A stretch of DNA of 64,000 nucleotides, taken from the NCBI GenBank assembly GCA_963575745.1, contig CAUYUJ010000057.1:1-64000 (forward strand), given 5' to 3'. The position numbers and the translations under genes were made by a program. The notes under the pieces are model-generated. The model ran no database searches. It worked only from the letters and a program-made list of their open reading frames with translations, and was not told where the DNA came from. Below are positions 52,904 through 64,000 of this stretch, piece after piece. How positions within the stretch are numbered: the stretch's first letter is position 1; the number at the start of each line of letters is the position of its first letter. Source of the stretch: Prorocentrum cordatum. Lineage: Eukaryota.

Positions 52904-53219
52904 TGTGAATTGTACTCCATACGATGCAGCAAGCTAGCTGAACTAGAGTTTGCCAGGACTTCTAGCTTGAGCATGCTAGCACGACCCCCCCCCCTCATCG
53001 AGCAGCAGTATGCGTGAGTAGCAGCATGCAGAGCAGTAGGCGAAGACATGCCGTTGCCGTCTCGGAGCTCGAGAGGCCCGCAATGCAGACCAGCAGATTA
53101 ACATCACCTTCACCCCGGGCGCGGAGCGATTGGAAGGCAGGTGCGAGGATGACTTCGGCAGTGCGTCGGTAATCAGACTCGAGTGAGTAGAGGACTTCGA
53201 TTGCCTCGACTAGTTGTCA
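52904..53219 (+). repeat. 5' LTR
   Basis: tgtgaattgtac...ctagttgtca; colinear but diverged direct repeat of 60870-61168. Confidence 0.85.
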
Positions 53220-53220
53220 T

Positions 53221-53231
53221 TGGTAGCGGAG
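53221..53231 (+). promoter_or_regulatory. Primer-binding site, initiator tRNA-Met-like
   Basis: TGGTAGCGGAG one base after the LTR-terminal CA. Confidence 0.75.
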
Positions 53232-54689
53232 CTGCGGCTCGACACCTCGGATCGAAAGGTTCGCACTCATGATGATGCGGTACTCCCTGACAAGGTTCTG
53301 GGATGGTTCCTTCTACGCAGGGCCGAGCTGGATAAGGAAGGCAATACGCCAGTCATGAACCAAGTCGGCGACGACCTGTCGCTTACAAAGGTGGAGGGTG
53401 AGATGACGAAGACATTTGGGTTGGATTCGCTACCGAGCAGCCGAGCCAGCGTGGGAGCAGGAGCATACAATGTGGATGGTTACGACGAGTACGACGATAT
53501 CCAAGAGGAGACCTATCTTGGTGAGGATGACGAGCGCTACCGCTCCAATTACGACGACGGCGGAGATGATCAGCAGGTGGAGCACCTGTGGACTGCTAGC
53601 GGTTTCGACGCAGAGGCAACATACTACAGCGAGATGGTGAACGCCAGCAGCTCCATGGCAGACGGCGCCTACATTGTGGCCGCATATTGCGACATCATGG
53701 CAGCCTGCACGGACGCGCACAAGATGATCAATGAGATGAGATTGGCTCGTGGTGTCTACCCGGTTGTGGCGATGGCGCCGCCCAAATCGCAGTCTAGGAG
53801 TTCGATGTCTGCTGTTCCCAGTGTGGCAGGACGGAGGAGCTTCACCAAGGCAAGCAGGCGGGCGAGCAACTCCGAAGGGCCGTGTCAGGGCCGCGAAAGG
53901 TTCCCCAAGCAAAGGACAGCCACCGACAGCAAAGTTTGAACCCAGGGCAACTGCAAAGACGATTAGCGTACGCTGCGGTGGCCGAGGTCACGTCGCGAGG
54001 GACTGCCTGCCCCAGGCAGGAAGAGGCAACACGTAGCGGAGGAGGCCGCAGGCATCCGCATGGTCACAGGCTTGAAACGTCGGGTGCGGCTCACCTTGTA
54101 AGAAAGATGAGACTCTTCCCGTGCTCCAAAGGTTTCAGGCGCGGCAGCGATTCTATTGGTGAGGCGACGGCGTGCGCGATGGTGCCAGCACTCGAGATCC
54201 GGATCTATGCAATTCCTGGACGCACCCCGTTCCTGTACTTCGGGCCCGTGATTGAGGAGCTATAAATGATGGTGGACTTCACGAACAAGAGGGCCTGTTA
54301 GGGGTGGAGGTGGAAGTTGGTCTAAGCTGCGACAGCAGCCTCAGAAGGGACATTTCATCATCGAGATGCTGGACGGTTACGAGACGTGCCTGAAGGAGCG
54401 GGCCGACCAGACACTACTGCCCCAACATATGCTTGCCCATATTCGCGTGCAGCAGCCGATCAGCCCATAGACGTTCCTGGGTGAGGAGGTGCTACCCTGT
54501 GAGAAGTCGGTGAATTCCGTTGGAGCTGTAGAAGAGACAGATCTCACAATGGAGACGATGGACCAGAGCACCAGACTGGCCAAGGACCTTAGCATCAAGC
54601 AGTTGCGCCGCTGTCAGAAATCTCTTGAGGCGGCATACCAGGAGGTGCAACACGACCTGATCAGGGCGAAGAGCATGCAGCGCGGGAAG

Positions 54690-55335
54690 CTGAAGGTCTG
54701 GGAGGTCTACAGTACGGTGGACAGTCGGAGCTCACGACATCGCTGAGGCAGAGAGGACATCAGGCACGGACATTTGGTATGCATATCGGATGGGACTTCG
54801 GCGAGCCCAAGGTACAGAAAACGGTTCTTCGATATAGCCGACGAGGAGCAGCCTGACGGCATCTGCGTGAGTCCCGAGTCTAAGCTGTGGTCGACCAAGT
54901 ACAGGAGATGAGCTACCAGACGGAGACCGATCGGGCACAGCTGGCGAAGCTACGCAAGGAGAACCACGGCACAGATCTGATGTTCAGTAAGAAACTACAT
55001 CTAAAGCAGTGGCAAAAGGGTCGAGACGCACATCTCCAACGGCCGGTGACGGCACGGAGCTGGAAGACGAAGGCGCTCCACGAGCTTCGGACACCATGTG
55101 CTCTTCGAACAGTGCATGACCGGCTTGGAGATCCCGGGGGAAGATCTGGCTCGGAAACGGACTTGCGCGCGCACCACTCGACGCGGATTGGCAGAAGGAC
55201 TGCAGCAGTAGCAGTGCAATAAGCAGCTCGAGCACGTCCACCTGGAGGGCAAGATACCGGGTACCAACCTTCACCACACGAGGTTCGCTGAGAATTACGG
55301 CTCCAAGCTGGCCCATATCCTGGGAGACCTACTGG
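54690..55335 (+). pseudogene. C5-cytosine-methyltransferase-like domain in the copia polyprotein (frameshifted)
   Basis: Manual translation across frameshifts: VWEVY/YGGQSEL, GWDF, PDGICVSPESKLWS, AHLQRP, LFEQCMTG...RKRT, HVHLEG, AENYGSKLAHIL; order fits motifs I, IV, VI, VIII, X. Confidence 0.55.
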
Positions 55336-57975
55336 GTCAACCATCATACCCGGACGAGTGTTTCCTCGTGCTGTGCATCGACCAGGACGAGGATGAGGTG
55401 GAGTATGTGCACCACACCACGGTGGACCGCAGCAACGACGACATCAAGGACATATACGCCAATCGGTGGCTCAAGAACGAGTTCGGTCAGAACGTGATCA
55501 AGCTACGTGCAGCGGCTCCACAAGAACCTGGGCCACCCCAGCACAGAGGTGTTCGTGCGCATGCTTAGGCAAGCGCGTTCCAAAACTCGCAAAGCCACAA
55601 CTCGCAAATGGCCTGAATCCGCCGTGGGGGATTTACGCTATGTTGCATCGCGGCGACCGTGGTTTTTCGGACGTTTGCGAGCAGGCACTTTGCGAGTAGT
55701 GGAATGCGCTCTGTGAATGCTGCACTCGGCGAGCGCGCGCGAGGAGGTCATCCTGTGTGCCAAGCGCCGTGTGCCCGGTCTGCGCCGACCGGCGCAACAC
55801 ATCCCAGCCCCCTAAGTCAGCACCGATGACCTGGAGAACTTTCAACCAGACTCTCTCCACTTGGACTTCTTCGAGTTCAAGTTGCGCACGGGTGCCGCCA
55901 AGGTCGCGCACCTGCTGGGCGAAGCTTGCCGCTTCCAGACGGCCCGCAACGTGGCCCGCGAGACCAGCAGCGGGGCCATCAAGTCGATCGAGAAGATGTG
56001 GATCAGGCACTACGGTACACCCAAGAAGATCGTGTGATGGACGAGTGCGGTGCAGCATGCAGTCAGGAGACGCTCGACTGGGCCAGCCAGCACAGCATCG
56101 AGATGAAAATGGCTCCTGGAGGGGCTCACCGTGTGCTTGGACCCGTCGAGCGCGCGCACCAGGTTGTGCGCGAGACGCTGGCACTGTGGTTCGATGAGAC
56201 CGGACTCGAGCGCAACACCGAGAACTTGAAGTCGACATTGAATTACGTTCCCAATCACATCAACAGGATGATGCACCACAGAGGCCACGGGCCGTCTCAC
56301 CGTGCTACAACCCTGAGCTCAACGACTCGCTGTCCACCGACACGCTGCACATGCCAGCCTCCGAAGCGCACCTGGAGGATGAGACGATCCTGGAGGTCAT
56401 GAGGTCTCGCACGGCAGCGGCGACGGCTTTCATCAAGGCGGACTCGACCGAGCGGCTGCGCAGGGCCTTCCTGCGCAGACGACGCGACACCGACGACTCG
56501 GCCAGCACCGGCTCGCAAGAGCTGCTGCTGGCGAGACAGCGGCGCCAACCGATCCCAACGTCTCGCTGGAGAGGGCCGGCCATGGTGGCCCTGCGCAGGG
56601 AGGCGGAGAACGGCCAGCCCGTGCCATGGATCACGCATGGTGGAAGCTTGTTAAAAGGTGCAGCCCCGACCAGGCTGGACCAAGCGTCGAGCGGATCGGG
56701 GAGCCCAAGCGAAGAGCCTGCAGCAAGCCCAAGCCACCCTGGAAGGTCTCCGACGCGGAGGCACAGTGCAGTTCTCTGCAGTAAAGACCACTGCCGGGGC
56801 CGGCGGACGAGAGCCTCGACGGGCCGATGGACAGCCCTGAAGAGCCTGCCCCAGGACCCGCAGCAGGCCTCACTCGGATCCCGACGCCAGAGCGGGCCAT
56901 GGCCCATGACCAACCAGCTCAGGCGGGTGTCCGCCTATGAGGAGAACAACAATCGTGTTGGGAAAACGGGGTTGGTCGGGGATGGACAGACCCCCCTTTG
57001 GTAAAACGTGGTTTAGTGAAAGCGACCTGAGGCCCAAGCCTGGCGGGCGCAAGCCTGGAAAATAGAGGCCACGGCGCCCTCTCGAGAACCGACAACGGAC
57101 AATTCACTAATCGACGTGTCACTGCTGGGGGTTTTGTCCACCCCCGAGTTGGGAGGATGAAGGGTATGAGCAATAGCATCCGGGTACAATGAACGATACC
57201 TTCGGCCGCCTACGGGTAAGGATATCCGCATGTCTCCCAACCCCACCCTCCGGACCCGATCATTTCCTTCCACCCTCCCAACCTGAACCTGGGATCTGGA
57301 GCCACGGTCTGCGCCGAGGGCACCAAGCCTGGGGGCGCCGGAGCAGCCATCGGCCAGCGCAGAGAACACGAGGAGGAGGAGGAGGAGGAGGAGGAGGAGG
57401 AGGAGGAGGAGGAGGGAGGAGGAGGAGGAGGAGGCGGCGACTCCTGACCACCACGGTCCTGACCTCCACAGGCCCAATGTAATGCCACAGATGCTGCAGC
57501 TCGGTTCCGCGAGGGCCGATGAAGAGCATGGGCGTTTCGGAGGTGGGCCCCCTCCGGGCAGGCGCGGCCCAACGGGAACGGCGAGGTCGTCGGGCCGGAC
57601 CCTACGGCAGGGTGGAGGTCCAGGTGGACATTCAGTTCCTAGACCTCCTCCTCCTCCTCCTCCTCCCTCCTCCTCCTCCTCCTCCTCCTCCTCCTCCTCC
57701 TCCTCCTCCTCCTCTTCCTCCTCCTCCTCCTCCTCCTCCTCCTCCTCCTCCTCCCTGGGCGGTATACCGGAGGGTTGGAGCTTCGCCACGGAGGCGACGG
57801 AGTTCTGCACGGATTGCGAGACGTGCTGCGCGGTGCCAGCGAGCTGAGGGAGAAGCAAATTGGCCGCAGGGGCCCAGGGGCCAAGTTTGCAGAGGCGGGG
57901 CGCGCGGAGCTCCAGGCCTTCTTTGACAGCCAGGTCTGGGGGGCAGGACAGGAATGCGGTGACCGACCCGAACTG

Positions 57976-58153
57976 ACAGTCGGACCTACGCCAGCAGAAC
58001 ATCCTTCAAGAACATGAGACCCTCCGTCGGCCAAACCAAACAGAACATCCAAGGGCACCCTCCCCTATGATGCACAGTAACATCCAACCAGCACGAAGAA
58101 CATTAGGGTACCCTCTCCCCGAACCGACCTCGATCTTATACCTCGGTCCGACT
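57976..58153 (+). mobile_element. Tc1/mariner-like MITE (cagtcggacc...ggtccgactg) splitting the copia RT; relatives at ~60600-60690 (+) and ~48640-48812 (-)
   Basis: 10-bp perfect TIR, TA on the right flank; coding frame resumes at VLRARFLLKW. Confidence 0.75.
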
Positions 58154-60869
58154 GTACTGCGGGCGCGATTCCTGCTGAAGTGGTCGCGGAATGCCGACGG
58201 GAGCTACCAGGCCAAGGCCAGGTTAGTCATCCAAGGACTCCGAGATCCAGATGCGCTGGCAGGGAAGTTGGCCAAGTCGTCTCCAACTATGACGAGACTG
58301 CGCAGGACTTTCATCGTGCTGTTTGGTCGCATCCATGACTGGACCCTGTTCACCGCCGATGTCAGTACCGCATTTCTCCAGGGCAAGCGCTCAGACCGCA
58401 GCATCTCTGTACTTACCGGCGAAAGCGTGCAAGCCAAGCAACTGAATGAAACTGCTCAAGAGCAGGTACGGCCTCAGTGACGCGCCTGAGCTCTGGTAAG
58501 AGGAGGCTACTGACCGTATGAGGCGATACGGAGTCATGGTCAACCCGCTGGACCCGTGCCTACTTCTGAGCTGCCGCATAGAGCAGGGCAAGTGCGAGAA
58601 GGTGTTCGACGGAGCCATAGGGCTGCACGGTGGACGACGTGCTCGGCGGCGGAAGCGATGCCAAGGGCAGGGCATGCGTCGAAGCGCGAGTTCGGCATCT
58701 CGAGAAGGTCTTCAACTTCAGGGCGTGGGAGGACACCGGCACCGACACCCTCAACGTGGCAGGCGACTCGTCTGCAGTGCGTGTTTGCAGCAACCAGCTC
58801 GGCAAAGCAGCCAATGGCGACCACCTGGTGAGCTGTAGAGCCTACATCAAGTCACTGAAGCCGATCACCATGATGAAGGACCGAGCCAACGACCACAAGC
58901 TGGCCATCACCGAGAGCGAGCGTTGACAGCTACGAGGAATGATGGGAAGTTCGACGTGACCAAATAACCAGGCTGCGCCATTTCCGCAATGCAGTCGAAT
59001 CCTCGGCCAAGGGACCATCAAAGAGAACAGCACAGTGCAGGACATCGTGGAGGCCAACAAGACGCTCAGGTTCGCCAAGGCAAACGTGACGTGTGCCAAA
59101 TTTTCCACAAGATATTGGACGACCCCGACGACGTGGCTTCTTTTTTCGATCTGTATGACGGACGCGGCATGGGCCGTAAGGAGATATGGCAATGCGCAAG
59201 GAGGCTACCTCATCCTGGCGGTGCCCAAACGAGTGTTGACGGGCGAGACCGTCAGGTACGTGGTGTTAGACTGGCGCTTGTGGAAGCTACCAAGGGTGAG
59301 TCGGTCCTCATTGGCGAGTGAGGCCGAAGCCGCAGCTGGTGGAGATGATGCGCTGGAGCACGCGAAGGTGCACTACAGCTTGATGCTCCACCCGACGAGG
59401 GACGCCCCAGGCTGAACGGCACCATGGGCACCAAGGCTCTCTACGACGCGGCCCAGGAAGCCCCACGTGTACAACTTAGACGGCATGCGCACAGACATCG
59501 AGGTGCGGGTGATGAAGGAGCGGATGACGGCGAGCGCGACGGGCTGGCACTGGATCAGTTCTACGAGCCAGTTCGCTGACGGCTTCACCAAGCTAGCGGC
59601 CGTACAACTGCTGGCCGACCGCCTGCGGACTGGGACCATCAGCCTCACGTTCGACGAGAATTTCTAGGCCGCAAAGAAGACGGCAAAAGATCAACATGCG
59701 TAGGTCAACAAGCTCGCTATGGCGGGATCGAGGACGACCACGACGGCGATAAGAGCAGTGGCTCACCTGGCGGAGACCATGACAGCTCACGAGCTGAAAT
59801 CCAACGAGAAGCAGGACTACGGAGTGGTCCGCGTGGAGTGGACGAGCACTCGACAGGTGACCATCAGCATCCCTCTGACGCGTGTGCTCCGGGTGGCACC
59901 AGGTGGTGCTGACATTCATCACCATCATGCTCCTGATTCTGGGCGTGTGCCTCTACGTGTGCAGTCGCCCCGACACAGCCCGCAGGTATCCAGCGCTGGA
60001 GGTGGACTCCACGAGCAGCGAGAAGATCCAGAACCCGACGAAGATCAACGTGGTGACTGGGGAAACCAAAAAGGCACCGATACCGCTACTCCCCGGACCT
60101 CTCTGGGGGTGCGTTCTGACCAGGATTTCGAGGCGAATCCAACGGCGGCGACGAGGGCGTCCCAGGAGGCCCAAAAAGGGGAAAACGAGAAAAAGGGTAA
60201 AGTAGCGGTATGGGTACATGTTCCTCCTATTAGAGACGCTGAAGTGGGACACAGAGGAACAGAGTCCGTGACGTCCAGCGCAATCGGCAAGCCCGACGGC
60301 CAACATGCACGATGCCAGCATGCGACTCAAGGGTTTGCACGCGGCTGGGGCGTCACGAGTCAGCCGAGCCGGGTCGAGTGGCCGAAGCCGCCTCACGAGT
60401 GAAGGCTGCCCCAGCAAATCTCGATTTGCACTCGGCCCTATGATCATTGTTCCCGTTCCTTTTCTGTTGCTCAATCGCGTGGGGACACGGGCAGAGCCGC
60501 GCGGGCATTGCAATCGTGCGGGGACGGGCGAGGCTGGGAGCGCCCTTCGAGGCGGGCCCCCGCCGGGCCGTGCCAGCACCTGGCGCCTGCTGCAGGACAC
60601 AGTCGGACCCAGGCCAGAAGGACGTCCGTCCAGAACACGAGACCCTCCATCGGCCCGAACACAGAGAACATCCGAGGGCACCCCCCACACCAAGCATCAT
60701 TGTTCCCGTTTCCTGCTCCCCCTCATCTCGCAGTGAGCAATTTGCGAGCAGTGGCTCTGCTTGCGACTATGAGGCGCAGCCAGTCTCGAACGTGACGGTT
60801 GTAGCGTCCTGCAGTTCTTTCGATTGAAAGGTGGTCGGTTTTCCCAGTTGCCATTCCATGTCTCACGAG

Positions 60870-61168
60870 TGTGAAATGTACCCCAGACGATGCAGCTAGC
60901 TAGCTCAACTAGGGGCTGTTAGGGTTTGTAGCACGACCTCCCCCCATACAGCAGCAGTACGCGTGTGTAGCAACATGCAGGGAAATCAACAAGGACACGA
61001 CATTGCCGTTTTGGAGCTCGGGAGGCCACTCGTGCAGACCGAAATGTTACCATCACCTTCCTCCTGGCGCAGAGCGATTCGAGGGCAGGTGCGAGGACTA
61101 TTTTGGCAGTGTATCGGAATTCAGATTCAAGTGAATACGAGGACTTCGATTGCCTCGACTAGTTGACA
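60870..61168 (+). repeat. 3' LTR
   Basis: tgtgaaatgtac...ctagttgaca followed by the TSD copy tcacc. Confidence 0.85.
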
Positions 61169-62494
61169 TCACCACCATCGCCAACGTCTTCGTTGCCACT
61201 ATCCGAATCATCGCCATCATCATCGTCGGTGTCACCGACCAATTGCATGTTGACACCAAATTCCGGGTGAGTAGGTGGGACGGCTGAATTTTGACCTTTG
61301 AACTGCACCCTATAAATCGAACCTGGACTTTGCCACCTAAGGTGCAAGTTCGGGGCCCACGCGCCAGCATCATCTCCTCGACTGCCATGTGGTACCACCG
61401 TCTATTATGTCGTATGCTCGTCCGTTTCGTTCTTCTCCTGCAGTGCACGTTTCGCCACGTATCGCACCTATCTTCGATCGTCTTTTTGCGTATCACCACA
61501 TCCTGCGTTGCATCCAATGAACGTATAATCTACGCAACACGCACGCAAGTGGTGGCCATGACCTCAGAGACCAGGCCCACGGCAAGTGTATGATGCTACC
61601 CGCACCCGTACTAACGGCACGTTCAGGCGTACCATAGTGTTTCGTCGATATTTGGCGAGGTTCCTGCAAGTGTCCAACACGTCCCCAACATGTGTTCCCC
61701 GCCTGGTGATTGTTTCGGCCAAGGCGACCCCAAGACGGCCAAAGGCTGCCACCAAGAGGGCAGCGCCCGAATGGCCAACACAAGACAACATAAAGACCCC
61801 TAGATGTCCTCAAGAGGCCCCCCGAGGCCCCAAGACGCCACCACAAGGACCTCGATTGGCCCTGCAGCAAGGCATCGGTAAGCCAACAGAGCACCCCGCC
61901 GAGAGGCCTTGAACATTACATCAGGTGCAAGCACACGAACGAGCCTACACGGCACATAGTGAACTATTCAATAGTTTGCACAAGAGAGTCATCGTGCTAC
62001 TAATCAGGAGCGTTGCATAAGGAACAAAGAGCTTGTCCGGCCACGGCAAGCCTCGGCCACGAAGGAACGGCCCGAAATTCAGAGACCCTCTTGAGCCCAA
62101 AATGGTCGTTACCCCAGCGGCTTGAATGTAAGTTTGGCGAGGCTCCCCACAGCCCCGAGTCACGAATCGGTCTCTGTGGTCTTCCCTGCCCCACTGGCTG
62201 CGCCGCCGAGGGCGCCAAACACCAGACCGTTCCCCGATGCCCCCCCAGCGATATGAACTGCGGTTTCGTCTGCGGTATCAGCCAGACACACCGCATTCCC
62301 GAATCACCAGAGAGCTCGCCGTGTTTGCCCCATCGCCCCGCAGCCCAAGCGGCGTAGCCCCGCAGAACCCGCGAGAAACAAATGTTTTGTTGAGACCTGC
62401 CCGCCTGCTCACTCTCGGCTTCGGCCGCGTCGCCGTCTTCCCGCTTGTCCTCATCCCTCTCCACTCTCTCTGCCTCTCCTCTTTCTTTCGTTTG

Positions 62495-62525
<31 letters not shown>

Positions 62526-64000
62526 CCTTTTTCGTCCCGCCTCCCTCCTCCCTCTCCCGTCCTCCACAACCCCCTCCCCGAGCTCCCCACCGTAGGCTGC
62601 TCCGAAGGTTGCGCCACATCCAGGGTCACGCCCCAGGCTGCGCCGAGGTGTGGCCCTCAGGCACAAGTCGCAAACCTAGCTGCCCCGTTAAGCAACACGT
62701 AGCGTGTTGACACGGAGCTCAACACGTATATTGAAAACGTACACCTGGCGTGACACTTTCGCCAAAAGGTGGGCAAACACGTGGCGAACCAACACGCGAC
62801 GTGTTGACACGGACGATTTGAGCACGGTACGTGCTGCGTCTCAAAACGGGCGTATCGAGGCAGCTAAGGTCACAAGCTGCTTGCCCATGACGTCCGCCGA
62901 ACAGATTGGCGTGAATGCTCGCCCGAGAAGGTGGACCACGTCGGCCCACAGGGAGCCCCCAAAGCGACCGCAAGAGAGGAACCCGCCCAAAGCGCCACGA
63001 CAGCCTCCGAGCCGGCCTGCGCTTAGGAGCTGCATGAGTGTTGCTTGGCACTTCGCGGCGCCGGCCCGGGCGACACGCAAGCCCTGCAAGCTGGTCGCGC
63101 GTCGCTCCACCCCGCAGGGGCGGGAGGCTGGGAAGGCTCGGGACATTGAGCTCGGGGACCGGGAAGTGGACAGCACGCCGCGCCGAGGCGTGGTGGTGGC
63201 CAGCACCCGAGGAGCCACACGCGGAGCGGACGTGCCCGACCGCAGCAGCTTTCTTGACGCCGGCGCCAGGAGCCCTCGACCATGTCCCCGCGGCAGGATT
63301 TCCATCCTGAGCCGTGCTTTTTTACTGCCCCCAGGCCCGGAAACGGCCCCCTGAGGCCGACAACGGCAAACACCTGGTCGCCGCGGCTCTCGTTGCAGCG
63401 CCCGGGTGCGAGGGGGCCCCAGCTCAGGCCCCAGCGCGCCCCAGGGAGGAGGCACGCTCCTCGTGAGAGAGAGAGAGAGAGAGAGAGCAGCCGCGTGACC
63501 AAAGCAGGAGGGAGGAGAGCAGGCCTGCCTTGGCCTTCTCCCAAGCGCCCCCTGAGTCGAATCGACAAGTCGGACCGGCGATCGAAATGACTCGGGTCGG
63601 CGGAAATCGGCAGCCAGGTCGGGAAACGTCGAACCGGCGGAAATCGGTAGCTTGGCAGAGGCCTCCACGAAGAAATCGGAGCCCACATCGGAATCCGCAG
63701 TCGCACCGAATCGGCATCGGAAGCCACCGGCATCGAAAATCGAATCGAAGCGGTGGCATCGAAATGATCCCTGTTCTCCCGCTTGGCCCAGGATGCGCTC
63801 TGGAGAGAGCCAGGGGCGGCGCGCGCACGGAGCTGCCGGCGCGACGGCGGGGGCGGCCTTCTCAGCAGGACGCGCACAGCCACAGCGGTCTGCGCGCCCA
63901 TCGAGGACGAAGAAGAGGATGAGGATGAGGAGCAGAGGGAGAAGGAGGCGGAGGAGGAGGACGGAGGAGGAGGAGGAGGAGGAGGAGGAGGAGGAGGAGG

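Larger units (their letters stand above)
52904..61168 (+). mobile_element. Decayed Ty1/copia-like LTR retrotransposon (gag-PR-MTase-like-IN-RT-RNaseH) with nested insertions
   Basis: Paired TG...CA LTRs, PBS, TSD ccacc/tcacc; zinc knuckle remnant RCGGRGHVARDC, integrase HKNLGHPS and VERAHQVVRE, RT AKARLVIQG, ADVSTAFLQG, YGLSDAP, VDD, RNaseH TDAAWA, SSLASEA, QFADGFTK; integrase precedes RT; many stops and frameshifts. Confidence 0.92.

Overview
Eukaryotic, GC-rich, repeat-saturated DNA. Dense (CCT/GGA)n and other microsatellites, GT/GC/GA donors with AG|G acceptors and co-oriented genes indicate a dinoflagellate nuclear genome (inference). Three host genes, all on the minus strand: (1) four short exons of a GPN-loop GTPase 2 (GPN2) gene spread over 16 kb; (2) an intronless 98-aa gene with a bipartite plastid-targeting presequence, nested on the same strand inside a GPN2 intron; (3) a 7-exon gene of about 510-520 aa with a C-terminal calmodulin-like EF-hand domain, several of whose introns are bounded by inverted repeats plus a duplicated 3-mer (introner-like). 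There are two decayed Ty1/copia-like retrotransposons: one on + with both LTRs, PBS and TSD (52904-61168), and one interrupted copy on - (about 24450-34380). Both carry a C5-cytosine-methyltransferase-like domain between the protease region and integrase. The rest is nested MITEs/foldback elements and satellites. Most ORFs in the supplied track are artefacts of GC-rich repeats. All calls are by eye; no searches were run.
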